NCBI GenBank assembly: GCA_048941265.1
Contig: JBHLNT010000049.1
Coordinates: 1 to 26,144, forward strand
Length of the DNA: 26,144 nt
Direction of reading: 5' to 3'
Source: Promethearchaeota archaeon
GTDB lineage: Archaea; Asgardarchaeota; Lokiarchaeia; Sigyniarchaeales; SOKP01
Shown here: positions 1 through 9,904 of the stretch, one piece after another
How positions within the stretch are numbered: position 1 is the first letter of the stretch
Layout: the number at the start of each line of letters is the position of its first letter
Notes under the pieces: model-generated
The model's database searches: none
Seen by the model: the letters and a program-made list of their open reading frames with translations, nothing else
What the model was told of the DNA's origin: nothing
Translations under genes and position numbers: made by a program

Positions 1-1404
1 TACGAAAGAGAAGATTATGTATTTGATACCTGCCAAATAATTCCTAACCTTTCAGAAATTTTAGATTATCTAGGTGTAGAAATAGAGCTTAAGGCTTTCA
101 AAGGTTATTACATGAGAATTTTCTTAGTGAATCCAGAAACTAATGAGGTGAAAGTGCTCGAGTTACCCTCAGGAGTAGAAACTTTTAAAAAAATGCTGAT
201 GGAAAAATATCCAAATAATGCCCAAGAAATCGGCAAATTTTTAGATTATTCCCGGGCGATGTATTTGGAATTATTTAAGTTGAAAATGGAACCAAAGTTT
301 ACAGAAATCTTAAAGATGTTGATTTCCTGCCCTAAAATAGTTAAAAACGCCTCAAAAACTTTTAAAAAATATTTTGAGAAATTTCATATAAATGAACCAG
401 ATGTCATAGAGATTTTTAATGTTTTTGCGGAATTTAGTGCGCTTCCAAGCGAACAAGTTGTCGCAATTGTACCGCTTTCCGCTATGAATTCACTTTTAGA
501 CGGAGCATTTCGCCCCACAAAAGGTTTTATTGAATTTCCCAAAAAAATTGAAGAACGATATTTAAGTCTGGGAGGAGAATTACATTTAAAAACTAAAGTT
601 GAAAAGATTTTAGTTGAAAAAGGTCAAGTGAGAGGAGTTAAATTAGCAAATGGAGAAGAAATATACTCTGATTATGTAGTAACCACGGTAGATCCCAAAG
701 TTGCAATGATGGAAATGGTTGGTTTAGATATTTTAAGGCAATATGATAAAAAATACGCCAATAAAGTAGAAAAAGTAAAAATGTCAACTTCTTCAATGAA
801 TATTAGTATTGGTTTAGATGACGAAATTGATCTTGCTGGATTAGGATTAGATTGTGGATATAATGTTATTACCACAGGTGGAGATACTTATGATCAATTA
901 TTTAAAGCGTACGAGAAAGGAGAAATTGCATTTTCTGATAAATTATTTCATATAGGAGTTGTATGCGCCTCCCTTACTACTGGCGGAAGACCAAATATTA
1001 CAGTTCGTATAACACCAATGGCTTTGGGAGATTGGGCAGAGGTAAGGGAAAAGGAATATAAAAGATATACTGAAAAGAAAGAAAAATGGGCAGACTTTTT
1101 CATAGATAAAGTGGAAAAATATCTAATTCCCAATCTAAAAAAGCATATTCTCGTAGTTGATATTTCCACTCCCGCTACTTATGCCCGCTATTCAGGTTCA
1201 CCCTCCGGCGCAGTATATGATATGGCACCTTACCCTGATAATTTCGGTAGGACCCGTTTAAAAATGAGAACTCCCATAAAAGGACTGTTTCAACCGAAAT
1301 TTGTTCATGGTGTATTTGGCTGTTTACTCGCAGGAATTCAAGTCAATGATATGATTCTCAACCGAAAGATAATGGATGGAAATGCACGTATGCCAAAATC
1401 ATAG
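1..1404 (+). CDS. Phytoene dehydrogenase (CrtI)-like FAD-dependent oxidoreductase, 5'-truncated by the window edge
   Basis: Frame +1 is open from base 1 (YEREDYVFDTCQ...), so the gene starts upstream of the window, not at 112. Family motifs seen: PTKGF, GGELHLKTKVEKILVEKGQVRGV, STPATYARYSGSPSGAVY, RTPIKGLF. Confidence 0.8.
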   Translation, partial: YEREDYVFDTCQIIPNLSEILDYLGVEIELKAFKGYYMRIFLVNPETNEVKVLELPSGVETFKKMLMEKYPNNAQEIGKFLDYSRAMYLELFKLKMEPKFTEILKMLISCPKIVKNASKTFKKYFEKFHINEPDVIEIFNVFAEFSALPSEQVVAIVPLSAMNSLLDGAFRPTKGFIEFPKKIEERYLSLGGELHLKTKVEKILVEKGQVRGVKLANGEEIYSDYVVTTVDPKVAMMEMVGLDILRQYDKKYANKVEKVKMSTSSMNISIGLDDEIDLAGLGLDCGYNVITTGGDTYDQLFKAYEKGEIAFSDKLFHIGVVCASLTTGGRPNITVRITPMALGDWAEVREKEYKRYTEKKEKWADFFIDKVEKYLIPNLKKHILVVDISTPATYARYSGSPSGAVYDMAPYPDNFGRTRLKMRTPIKGLFQPKFVHGVFGCLLAGIQVNDMILNRKIMDGNARMPKS

Positions 1405-1515
1405 AAATTCTAAAACTTAATTTTCTATTAATAAATATAAAAATAAACCAAAGAATAATAGAGGATTATATAGAATTCTAACTAAAATAATTAGCAAGTA
1501 CTGTAATAAATATAA

Positions 1516-3630
1516 ATGCCCTCAAAAATAACCGATTACATAGAGAAGAAGGCCATAATTTTAAAAAAAAAAGATTTGATTAAATCTCCAAACCTTAAAA
1601 AAACCTTTATTTTAATAAATCAACATCTTTATGGAAAATTAAAATATACAGATACAGACACGAGAACTCGCTCTAAAGAAATCGTGAATCTTCTACTATG
1701 TAAATTAGTTGATGAGATTCATAAAACTCCCGAAGATAATGTTGATTTTTGTATAAAAAAAGGGGAAACTAAAGAAGAACTATTTGATAGGATACAATAT
1801 TTTTTTACTAAAAACGTTCTTAGAAAATATAAAGATATTATAAGCGAAAATGAAAAAATTAGCTTAAATAAGGAACTTGTTTATTTTATAGTTAAAGAGA
1901 TACAACATATTTCTCTTCTAAATTCATCTAAGGATATTTTAAGTGATGCCTTCGAAGTTTTTGTGAGCAAAATTTTAAAAGATGAAGGAGGGCAATTTTT
2001 TACACCATCTAATATAGTAAAATTCATGGTGAAATATTTAAACCCTAAAATAAGCTCTAAAATATTGGATCCTGCATGTGGACATGGCGGGTTTCTCCTT
2101 GAAGCAAAGGATTACGTCTGGTCTAAAATTGAGCTAGGAAATAAAGATACTGAGGATAAAGAAAATCTCAAAAAAATTGAGGTCATTTCAAATTTATATG
2201 GTATTGACAAAGATCTATTCCTTTCAAAAATGTGCAGGCTTTACTTAGAAATTTTAAGTGGTGGAAAATCAAAAATTTTCTGCGAAGATTCTCTGGATTC
2301 TAATAGTTATCGTCCTCCGGCAAAAAATTTAATTAAAAATAATTCTTTTGATTATATCTTGACTAACCCTCCTTTTGGTGCTAAAATTCCTATAGAGGAT
2401 AAGGATATTTTGGCCAATTATGAATTAGCTCATGCTTGGAAAAATGTAACTGATAATACATGGAAAATGCAAAATAAATTAATGAAAAGGCAACCCCCCC
2501 AGATATTATTTATTGAGAGATGTGTACAGCTACTTAAAGAGAGTGGAAAATTAGGAATCGTTTTACCTGAAGGCCTTTTTGGAAATATCACTGATAGATA
2601 TATATGGGAGTATTTAGAAAATAATGGAAAAATTTTGGGTATCATTTCATTAGATCAAAATTCATTTCAGCCTTTTACATGTAATAAGACCAGTATTTTA
2701 TTTTTTCAGAAATTAAAGCAAGTGCCTAACGACTATAAAATAGATTTCGCTATTGTAGATAATGTCGGGCATGATAAGGACGGTAAAGTGCTCTTTAAAT
2801 TGAATAAAGACGGTAGTAAAAAACTAGATATTAAAGGAAAACCTATAATAAACGATGAACTATTAAATCTTGATGTAAGATTAAAGGAGGCCGAAGATTT
2901 TAGCTATGTAAAAGAGCAAAAAACCTTTAAAATAAAATATAGCCAAATTAGGAATAAAATATATATTCCAAATTATTATACGGGTGTAGAAAAAAATCTT
3001 TTTTTACTTTCAGAAAATAAAAACTTTATTTTAATGACAATTGGAGATTTAATTAAAAAGGGAATCATATATACTAATAAAAACGGATATCTCCCTAGAG
3101 GAGATGAAATAGGTTCCCAAGTTTATGGTTTAGGCGAGATTCCTTTTATTCGAACAAGTGAAATAAATAACTGGGAAATTAATTTAGACTCAAATAAAAG
3201 AACCTCAGAAGAAGTCTATGAGCAATATAGATATAAACAAAATATCCAAGAAGGGGATATTCTATTAGTAAAGGACGGTGGTCCAAACCTAATAGGAAAA
3301 ACAGCTTATATTACTAAATTAGACACTAAGATAATAATCCAAAGCCATATTTATCAATTTAAACTCCAAGAAAATAAGGAGGCAATCAATCCATATTTAT
3401 TATTATACCTTTTAAATTTGGATATCGTCCAAAAACAAATTCAAGCCATAACCTTCATACAAGGAACAATTGCAACAATAGGTAATAGAATAATGGAAGT
3501 TATCCTGCCAGTGCCCTCAAGTATTCATAAACGTGAGGAGATTTCAAACTATATACAAAAAATTATTGAATCTAAAACCGATATTAAATTAAAAATCAAG
3601 AACTTATCCCTAAACTCTTCCATCATGTAA
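1516..3630 (+). CDS. N6-adenine DNA methyltransferase (HsdM-like) fused to a single HsdS-like target recognition domain
   Basis: GQFFTP, SAM-binding DPACGHGGFL, catalytic NPPF, GKLGIVLPEG. C-terminal IPFIRTSEI...GDILLVKDG...IGKTA...ILPVPS pattern is typical of HsdS TRDs. Confidence 0.85.
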   Translation: MPSKITDYIEKKAIILKKKDLIKSPNLKKTFILINQHLYGKLKYTDTDTRTRSKEIVNLLLCKLVDEIHKTPEDNVDFCIKKGETKEELFDRIQYFFTKNVLRKYKDIISENEKISLNKELVYFIVKEIQHISLLNSSKDILSDAFEVFVSKILKDEGGQFFTPSNIVKFMVKYLNPKISSKILDPACGHGGFLLEAKDYVWSKIELGNKDTEDKENLKKIEVISNLYGIDKDLFLSKMCRLYLEILSGGKSKIFCEDSLDSNSYRPPAKNLIKNNSFDYILTNPPFGAKIPIEDKDILANYELAHAWKNVTDNTWKMQNKLMKRQPPQILFIERCVQLLKESGKLGIVLPEGLFGNITDRYIWEYLENNGKILGIISLDQNSFQPFTCNKTSILFFQKLKQVPNDYKIDFAIVDNVGHDKDGKVLFKLNKDGSKKLDIKGKPIINDELLNLDVRLKEAEDFSYVKEQKTFKIKYSQIRNKIYIPNYYTGVEKNLFLLSENKNFILMTIGDLIKKGIIYTNKNGYLPRGDEIGSQVYGLGEIPFIRTSEINNWEINLDSNKRTSEEVYEQYRYKQNIQEGDILLVKDGGPNLIGKTAYITKLDTKIIIQSHIYQFKLQENKEAINPYLLLYLLNLDIVQKQIQAITFIQGTIATIGNRIMEVILPVPSSIHKREEISNYIQKIIESKTDIKLKIKNLSLNSSIM

Positions 3631-3780
3631 GATTGGAAAATTTCCTCTTTTACCTAATATTCACTATCAGAAATATAGATGTTTGTTAAAATCTTAAATA
3701 TGAAACTAGTAATATTATTATTCAAGAATTTTATCCAAAAAAATTGTATATATCTTATTAAAATATACAAGGTGATTAAA

Positions 3781-5568
3781 ATGTCTTTAAATATGGCTAA
3801 AGAATGGCAAATAAATGAAGATAAAGCATGGTTTAAAAAATGGTGGCCAGAAAACGTGCCTAAAAACTATGATTTTGAGAAAATCACATTAGGCGAATTC
3901 TTTGATAGGCAACGTAAGAAATATTCTAATGATCATTTAATTTTTTATCTTGGCTCCTGGATGACTTATGGAGAGGTCGGAAAAGCAATGGACATAGTCG
4001 CTACTAGTCTTTATAATCTCGGAATTAAAAAAGGAGATGTCGTAGGACTGCTTATGCCCAATTGCTTTCAGTATCCTATATGCTTTTACGCATGTGCGAA
4101 AATAGGAGCCATTCCAACCGGTATTAACGTTACTTACAAGCCTATTGAAGTATTACACCATATCGAAACGACAGGGGCTAAAGCTATAATTACTTTAGAA
4201 GCCATGTATGAGCTATTGGTCAAACCTATTATCGATAAAACTGATATTGAGCTAATCATCTATACTAATGTAGCAGACTTAGTTTCTGGAACAAAAAGTT
4301 TTGATGAGTTTATCGCTCGCAAAACCCGGAAGATAAGGAAAGGAAAAATCGATTTTGAACCATCTTATAATTTTTATGAGCTTTTAACAGCCGAACCAAA
4401 CGTTCCCAATGTGAAGATTGATCCCACAGAAGATACCGGTACATATATTATGACTGGAGGTACTACCGGAGTTCCTAAAGCAACGGTGTTAACTCATTTT
4501 AATATAGTTTGTAATGCTGTGCAGGTAAGATTAGTATTTGGAGGGGAACAGCCCGGTATGGGAGCTATCGGAGTATTACCTATGTTTCATGCCTTTGCAA
4601 TAACAGCTGTAATGAATGCAGCTATCACTTTAGGAGGTTGGATGCTATTATTTACACGACCACCGCCTACCGAAGAACTACTTCAAATAATTAATGACAT
4701 GCCCGTACCTCAAGGATTTGCTTATCCTGGAGCTGAAATTCTTTTTAAAAGAATTGCAGATTTTCCTGATCTTAGTCCATATTCAAATCTTTCGGGAAAG
4801 CTGAGATTATGCGTATCAGGTGCAGGTCCCCTACACCGACCAGTGCAAGTAAAATTTCAGGAAAGAACAGGAGGTAGGGTAGTAGAAGGATATGGATTAA
4901 CCGAGACTACTTGCGTTTCCAGTGTGAACAGTTTATTCGGTGAAAATCCGGTCGGCACAGTTGGAATGCCCATACCGGGTACGGATTGGGCAATCTTCGA
5001 ACCCGACGATTTTGAGGCTGGTCCTATTGCTGATGGACTACTTGGGTCGAAATACGGAGAGGAGCATACCGGAGAAATCTGCGTATGCGGACCTCAGGTA
5101 ATGAAAGAGTATTTAAACAAACCCGAAGATACTGCTGATACATTAAAAATATGGGATGGTCGTACGTGGCTCCGAACGGGTGATATCGGTTTTATGACGG
5201 AAGATGGATGTGTTTCAATTCGGGATAGAAAGAAACAATTGATTAAAGTCGCCGGGCGTTCCGTCTTTCCGACGGAAGTTGAAACTCTGCTGATGAAGCA
5301 TGAAGCAGTATCAGAAGCTGCAGTTGCTGGTTTACCCGATGCTGAGGTGGGAGAAATTGCAAAAGCATGGATATCGATTAAATCGGAATATATTGGCAAA
5401 ATAACCGAAGAAGATTTGAGAGAATGGGCTAATGAAAACATGACTTATTGGAAGGTACCAAAATTGATTGAGTTTATAGAAGAAATTCCTAAAAATCTAA
5501 TTGGTAAGGTTCAAAGAAGAGCTTTGCAGGAAGCAGATCCATTATATAAGGCAAAATATGGCAAATAA
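3781..5568 (+). CDS. fadD: Long-chain fatty acid--CoA ligase (AMP-binding family)
   Basis: TGGTTGVPKA, GYGLTE, RTGD and GKVQR motifs. Start moved from 3679 to 3781 because GGTGA (3771-3775) precedes this ATG and the upstream extension looks like AT-rich noise; ATG 3793 is an alternative. Confidence 0.88.
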   Translation: MSLNMAKEWQINEDKAWFKKWWPENVPKNYDFEKITLGEFFDRQRKKYSNDHLIFYLGSWMTYGEVGKAMDIVATSLYNLGIKKGDVVGLLMPNCFQYPICFYACAKIGAIPTGINVTYKPIEVLHHIETTGAKAIITLEAMYELLVKPIIDKTDIELIIYTNVADLVSGTKSFDEFIARKTRKIRKGKIDFEPSYNFYELLTAEPNVPNVKIDPTEDTGTYIMTGGTTGVPKATVLTHFNIVCNAVQVRLVFGGEQPGMGAIGVLPMFHAFAITAVMNAAITLGGWMLLFTRPPPTEELLQIINDMPVPQGFAYPGAEILFKRIADFPDLSPYSNLSGKLRLCVSGAGPLHRPVQVKFQERTGGRVVEGYGLTETTCVSSVNSLFGENPVGTVGMPIPGTDWAIFEPDDFEAGPIADGLLGSKYGEEHTGEICVCGPQVMKEYLNKPEDTADTLKIWDGRTWLRTGDIGFMTEDGCVSIRDRKKQLIKVAGRSVFPTEVETLLMKHEAVSEAAVAGLPDAEVGEIAKAWISIKSEYIGKITEEDLREWANENMTYWKVPKLIEFIEEIPKNLIGKVQRRALQEADPLYKAKYGK

Positions 5569-5634
5569 GATCATTATTAACTCTTTTTTTTTAAAGAATT
5601 TTTATTTTGATACCTTTTTAAAATCATGTCATCT

Positions 5635-5895
5635 CTATTTAGATTTTTTGTTGATTGAAAGTAAACTAATAGCATCTTGACGACAGCGTTTAAAACATAC
5701 AGAACAACCTCCACATGACTTATTTGTCTTTATCGTGATTGCTTTTCCCTCAGAATTAAAAATCCTTATGTTTAAGGGACAATATTTCACGCAGGTACCA
5801 CATGAAACACATTTTGAGAGATCGGTTACCGCTGTGTAGGTAATATTGGACAATTCCTTGAACTTTTTTTGTAAATTCTCCGAAACTGAGTTCAT
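5635..5895 (-). CDS. 2x[4Fe-4S] dicluster ferredoxin
   Basis: CVSCGTCVKYCP and CGGCSVCFKRC motifs. Confidence 0.88.
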   Translation of the reverse strand: MNSVSENLQKKFKELSNITYTAVTDLSKCVSCGTCVKYCPLNIRIFNSEGKAITIKTNKSCGGCSVCFKRCRQDAISLLSINKKSK

Positions 5896-6013
5896 GATTT
5901 TAAATTTTAAAACAATTAAAGTTGATAATACTTATAAAATATATAATTTATGATATTTCAAAAATAAATGGAAAAAAAAAGCATAAAGAAAATTAGGTTT
6001 TCCTATAAAATTT

Positions 6014-7036
6014 TTAAGAGATTTTTGAACACAGATTCTTAAGTATTTTCTCTGCTTCTTTAGTGAAGCCTGTAATTATATCATCCACATCCATTAATGA
6101 ATCAATTAATCCTACTGTTTGACCTACAGGAATCGCTCCATTTTCAACATCTCCTTCGGTATACACAATCATGTATTTATGTAAATCATCTAAAAAACCA
6201 TCTAAATCATAGGCTAATTCTTGTTCTATTTTTTCCTCTTTTGAAACAACCTTACCATGTTCAAGGCAGTATTTATTTTTTAGCAGTCTTATCGGTCCGA
6301 ATCCTCCTGTGGTAAGCATAGTATCTCTAGCAGTAGCGGGAGGAATAAGTGCTTTATAATTAGGGTGAAATTCGCTCTGATTTGAGGCAATAAATCGGGT
6401 TCCCATCGCAACCGCATCTGCGCCCATGGCTAAACCCGCTGCCACACCTTCTGGGCTTGCAAATCCGCCGCATGCTATTAGTGGTTTTTCGGGATACTTT
6501 CGGGCTACTTGTTGGACTAACACAAGAGTACTAATACCTTCATAACTTTGATGACCACCACCTTCAGTCCCCGTAGCAACAATCCCATCGCAGCCCGCTG
6601 CAACTACTTTATCAACCAACCATAGAGCAGGAGCCACATGAAAATGCTGTAAATCAGGAGCTTTTTTTTTCCATATTTTACTCGCTTCTCTAGAACCCCC
6701 CGCACTAGTTACCCCATAAATTAACTGTTCTCGCAATTTTGGATCTTTCTGGCGCCATTTTGCAATATTATTTAACAATATTTTATGATCAGTTTGAACC
6801 CTTGCTGTTCTTATATTAACTCCAAACGGTTTGTCAGTATGTTCTATTACATGTTCAAGCTGCGCCTTCATATCGGTTACCGAATTTTTTCCCATTAACG
6901 TCACATGGCTTAAGGTTCCTAGCCCTCCAGCCTCAGCAACTGCAATTGTTAACTCGGTAGTGTAAAATGGACCCATCGGAGCACTTACAATAGGATATTT
7001 AATCCCAAACGTTTCGGTAATTTTTGTTTTAATCAT
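6014..7036 (-). CDS. Nitronate monooxygenase / FabK enoyl reductase family FMN enzyme
   Basis: FGIKYPIVSAPMG, AGGLG, KPFGVN, GTEGGGH, ACGG, MGTRF and GQTVGLI motifs. Confidence 0.88.
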   Translation of the reverse strand: MIKTKITETFGIKYPIVSAPMGPFYTTELTIAVAEAGGLGTLSHVTLMGKNSVTDMKAQLEHVIEHTDKPFGVNIRTARVQTDHKILLNNIAKWRQKDPKLREQLIYGVTSAGGSREASKIWKKKAPDLQHFHVAPALWLVDKVVAAGCDGIVATGTEGGGHQSYEGISTLVLVQQVARKYPEKPLIACGGFASPEGVAAGLAMGADAVAMGTRFIASNQSEFHPNYKALIPPATARDTMLTTGGFGPIRLLKNKYCLEHGKVVSKEEKIEQELAYDLDGFLDDLHKYMIVYTEGDVENGAIPVGQTVGLIDSLMDVDDIITGFTKEAEKILKNLCSKIS

Positions 7037-7132
7037 GCTAAAATTTCACTTTCAAAACTATAATATTTATAGTTAATACTTATCTTTGACAGTAAAAAAA
7101 CTCTAATATTAATGCATAGATTTACTACTCTA

Positions 7133-7212
7133 CTTCTCTATTTACCTTAGTTTCTTTAGGAATAGCCATATTGGGCATTCTCTAAAGAAAAAATAAGTTA
7201 AAAATAGAAGAA
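7133..7212. other. Long imperfect inverted repeat / hairpin
   Basis: TTTCTTTAG 7151-7159 pairs with CTAAAGAAA 7182-7190. Inner GAAT/ATTC and GCC/GGC close a 6-nt loop. Outer CTTA/TAAG and TCTATTT/AAATAGA. Confidence 0.6.
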
Positions 7213-7231
7213 AAATTAGCGCTAAATCTCT

Positions 7232-7369
7232 TTATGTAACGAATTTTTTCAATTTTTCAGCTAAATTGCCTAATTTGTTAGTATTAGCATAAAATTTCTC
7301 AATTGACGCAGTTTTTTCTTTTATAGAAGTATTAATTCCTTCCTTAAAAGCTGAGGTTATATGAATGTT
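7232..7369 (-). pseudogene. Relic of a methyl-accepting chemotaxis protein C-terminus
   Basis: Startless 45-codon frame NIHITSAFKEGINTSIKEKTASIEKFYANTNKLGNLAEKLKKFVT* aligns without gaps to [45 protein letters not shown] of the MCP at 20487-21335 (19 identities in the first 41 positions, counted by hand). Confidence 0.8.
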
Positions 7370-7382
7370 TTAATAAGTAAAA

Positions 7383-9731
7383 CTATGTTCGGCAAAGTCT
7401 TTTGAGTAGGGTGGGATCAATAATTTCTTTGGGTTGCCAATTTTTTTTCTTTAAATATTCCACAATTTCTGTTTTCATGCTAATTGGTATATCTGCTTCT
7501 ACGCGAATAAATTTTTCCAAATCGTTTGGAAAATCTACACCTTTATATTTTCGTTCTAAATCAATCCAATGGGACAACTTTATCATTCTTCCTTTTGTAT
7601 TGTCTGCGGGTCTCAAACACATTTTAGCAACTAAACAAATAGCTTGCTCAATGGATTCAGCTGTAGTTAAGAGATGTTCTGGACCAGGTCCAACTAAGTG
7701 TCCTGAGGTACCATCTCTAGCATTATATACTTTCCATGTTTCTTCCTCGTCGGACCTACCTATATACATTCTTCGGTATTCAGCACCATGAGGACCGATT
7801 ATAGCCGGTATACCCATGCTATTACAACTACTTGCAATACTCGCAGCTTTTTGACTCATCGCACCCCAAGCCACTCCACATGCGCCAACCCGATTTAATA
7901 TATAATCCGCAATTTCTTCAAAGTTCCCTCTCAAAGGTCTTCTTGCAAATATATTCGCTACTTTACATGCAGCACCATTGATGTGGGGATTCGATACGCA
8001 GGAACCTACGTTTACTAAGCCCCCTCTAGCGAAATCTCCTGGAAATCTGTCATACAGGGTTTTTCCTTCCTCATCTTTTACAAGACCGATATCCATTGCT
8101 CCGCAACCGGAAACCACTACAATATAATTTCTATGGCAAAATTCCTCCGCCATTAAGTATAACTCTTGAATATCTTTACCATAATTTGCACAGCCTATTA
8201 TTGCAACAATTCCAGGAATTTCACCTAATACTATAGGGGCTCCTACATTCCTAATTTCAGTATCTTGAATCGGACCACGACCAACTCTTAAATTAAACTT
8301 TTCATTTCTAATTTTTTCGCGACCGGCATACATAATGAGTGTTAAAGGTGAAACTCCTTTCATGCATTCTGCTTCACATCTTCCGCAGTCTAAACAAGAG
8401 TCGAAAGCATCTGATAACATCGAAAAATCACCATCCTTCACCAAATTTATTCCTTCGACGAGAGGTAAATCATTCGGACAATTACGCTGGCAATTTCCGC
8501 AGCCATTACAATTCATTGCCATGTCTATACAACCTTGCTCGTCAGGAACAGCACTTTTTTGTTTTCTTAAGGGATGAACTTTAATTGCTGTTTCAATAGC
8601 AACCGCACCCGCTTTTATTGGGTTTAAGATCAGAACTCCATTAGCTTTACCACTAACGAGATCGTCGACAATTAAATCTATCGAATCTTCGGTTCTATCT
8701 GGTAAACCATTCATATTCTTTTCATTTGTCGCAATAAATGGTGCGCCCACCAATTGGGCTTGCTCATAACATCTTAAATTAACGCATTGCTCATCAACCA
8801 TTACTACATCCGCTAATCCAGAACGAATAAAATGCATTTGACGTGAAAGAGATCCTACCACCTTCGCTCCATCGAAATATCTTGTCAAATCCAGAGCGGT
8901 ACAACATATTGCACCTACATCCACTTTTTCTTGTAATCCTTTTTCCCTTAAATAATCCACTAATTCAATTCCTGGGGCAACATTATGTCCGACCATCAAG
9001 ATTGTAGCTTTATTTTCTGTATCAAGTGTACCCATGCCTAATTCAACAATTGGAACATCTGCATCTCCCATTGGGAAACCATAAGCCGCAATTTGAGCAG
9101 CATCCGCAATTTCCATCCCCACCGCATCGGCTAATCCTGCTAAAAAACTTTTAGCTTCAAAATCCTTGTAACTTGATTCTTGACCTGTATGCCCGGCTGC
9201 TAATAAATGTGTTATCGTATAATGAACCCATTCCATAGCAGTCTCAAGGTCTTCCAAATTTTCCGGCTTCATTCCTACGATTAATCGGGTACAGGGCATC
9301 TCAACAGCTATATTATTTCCAAAGTTTATTGCAACGTTCCCATATTTTTCTTTAAGCCAGTGTAATAGATGGTCACCATGAGCACTATGACACGATGCAC
9401 CTATACAACAGGCAATTTCAACAATTCTCGCCTGCTGTGTTTCCATATTAATACCACAGGCTCCAGTTCTGCCCTTTGATAAATTACACTTTCCGTAAGT
9501 ACATAAACAGCACATATCACAAATTGGCATATAAAAAGGCTTATATCGTTCCATTAATTTAAAGAACCATGGTCTTAAGGTAGGAATATGAGGCATTGGA
9601 TGCGGTCCCATTTCCTCCCATTCCGTTTCGTCTCCATAACTAACTTTACCCGTAGTGAATTCAAAACCTTTAATTGAACCGAGTGGGCCTTTATAAGAAT
9701 CAATTTTAATTTTAGCACCCTTTTTGCTCAT
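7383..9731 (-). CDS. cdhA: CO dehydrogenase/acetyl-CoA synthase complex alpha subunit (archaeal Ni-CODH)
   Basis: D/B-cluster CDMCCLCTYGKC..ACG. C-cluster ligands in GHN, ICCT, DEQC, IGCAN, SGCG and GSCV. E/F-cluster motifs CNGCGNCQRNCP and CLDCGRCEAEC. HSAHGDH and SQKA catalytic motifs. Confidence 0.95.
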   Translation of the reverse strand: MSKKGAKIKIDSYKGPLGSIKGFEFTTGKVSYGDETEWEEMGPHPMPHIPTLRPWFFKLMERYKPFYMPICDMCCLCTYGKCNLSKGRTGACGINMETQQARIVEIACCIGASCHSAHGDHLLHWLKEKYGNVAINFGNNIAVEMPCTRLIVGMKPENLEDLETAMEWVHYTITHLLAAGHTGQESSYKDFEAKSFLAGLADAVGMEIADAAQIAAYGFPMGDADVPIVELGMGTLDTENKATILMVGHNVAPGIELVDYLREKGLQEKVDVGAICCTALDLTRYFDGAKVVGSLSRQMHFIRSGLADVVMVDEQCVNLRCYEQAQLVGAPFIATNEKNMNGLPDRTEDSIDLIVDDLVSGKANGVLILNPIKAGAVAIETAIKVHPLRKQKSAVPDEQGCIDMAMNCNGCGNCQRNCPNDLPLVEGINLVKDGDFSMLSDAFDSCLDCGRCEAECMKGVSPLTLIMYAGREKIRNEKFNLRVGRGPIQDTEIRNVGAPIVLGEIPGIVAIIGCANYGKDIQELYLMAEEFCHRNYIVVVSGCGAMDIGLVKDEEGKTLYDRFPGDFARGGLVNVGSCVSNPHINGAACKVANIFARRPLRGNFEEIADYILNRVGACGVAWGAMSQKAASIASSCNSMGIPAIIGPHGAEYRRMYIGRSDEEETWKVYNARDGTSGHLVGPGPEHLLTTAESIEQAICLVAKMCLRPADNTKGRMIKLSHWIDLERKYKGVDFPNDLEKFIRVEADIPISMKTEIVEYLKKKNWQPKEIIDPTLLKRLCRT

Positions 9732-9770
9732 TTTTATCTTTCCAAATTTGTTATTATTTTCTAATTAATT

Positions 9771-9786
9771 ATGAATATTTATTCAC
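9771..9786. promoter_or_regulatory. Palindromic operator, copy 1 (ATGAATATTTATTCAC)
   Basis: Matches the ATGAATAATyATTCAy consensus found five times in the window; 40 bp upstream of the cdhA start. Confidence 0.7.
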
Positions 9787-9828
9787 TATTTAGACATATA
9801 ATATATATTTCTATAACTTAAAAACCTA

Positions 9829-9844
9829 GTGAATAATCATTCAT
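9829..9844. promoter_or_regulatory. Palindromic operator, copy 2 (GTGAATAATCATTCAT)
   Basis: Near-perfect palindrome; on the minus strand it is followed by TAGGTTTTTAAG (TATA-like) facing cdhA. Confidence 0.8.
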
Positions 9845-9888
9845 TCTAAAATCATCTAAAACAAATAAATAAAAAGGTTTTATTGATT

Positions 9889-9904
9889 ATGAATAATCAT
9901 TCAC
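9889..9904. promoter_or_regulatory. Palindromic operator, copy 3 (ATGAATAATCATTCAC)
   Basis: Followed directly by AAATCTTAAATA (TATA-like) facing the DUF5320 gene. Confidence 0.8.

Noticed and set aside
3679-3780. N-terminal extension of fadD, and likewise 16647-16673 of the ATPase
   Set aside because: Low-complexity AT-rich translation or overlap with the upstream gene; better RBS-supported starts lie at 3781 and 16646.
9771-9904. Three palindromic repeats at 58/60-bp spacing resembling a mini CRISPR array
   Set aside because: The repeats are only 16 bp, occur singly at other promoters, abut TATA-like boxes, and no cas genes are present. An operator explains them better.
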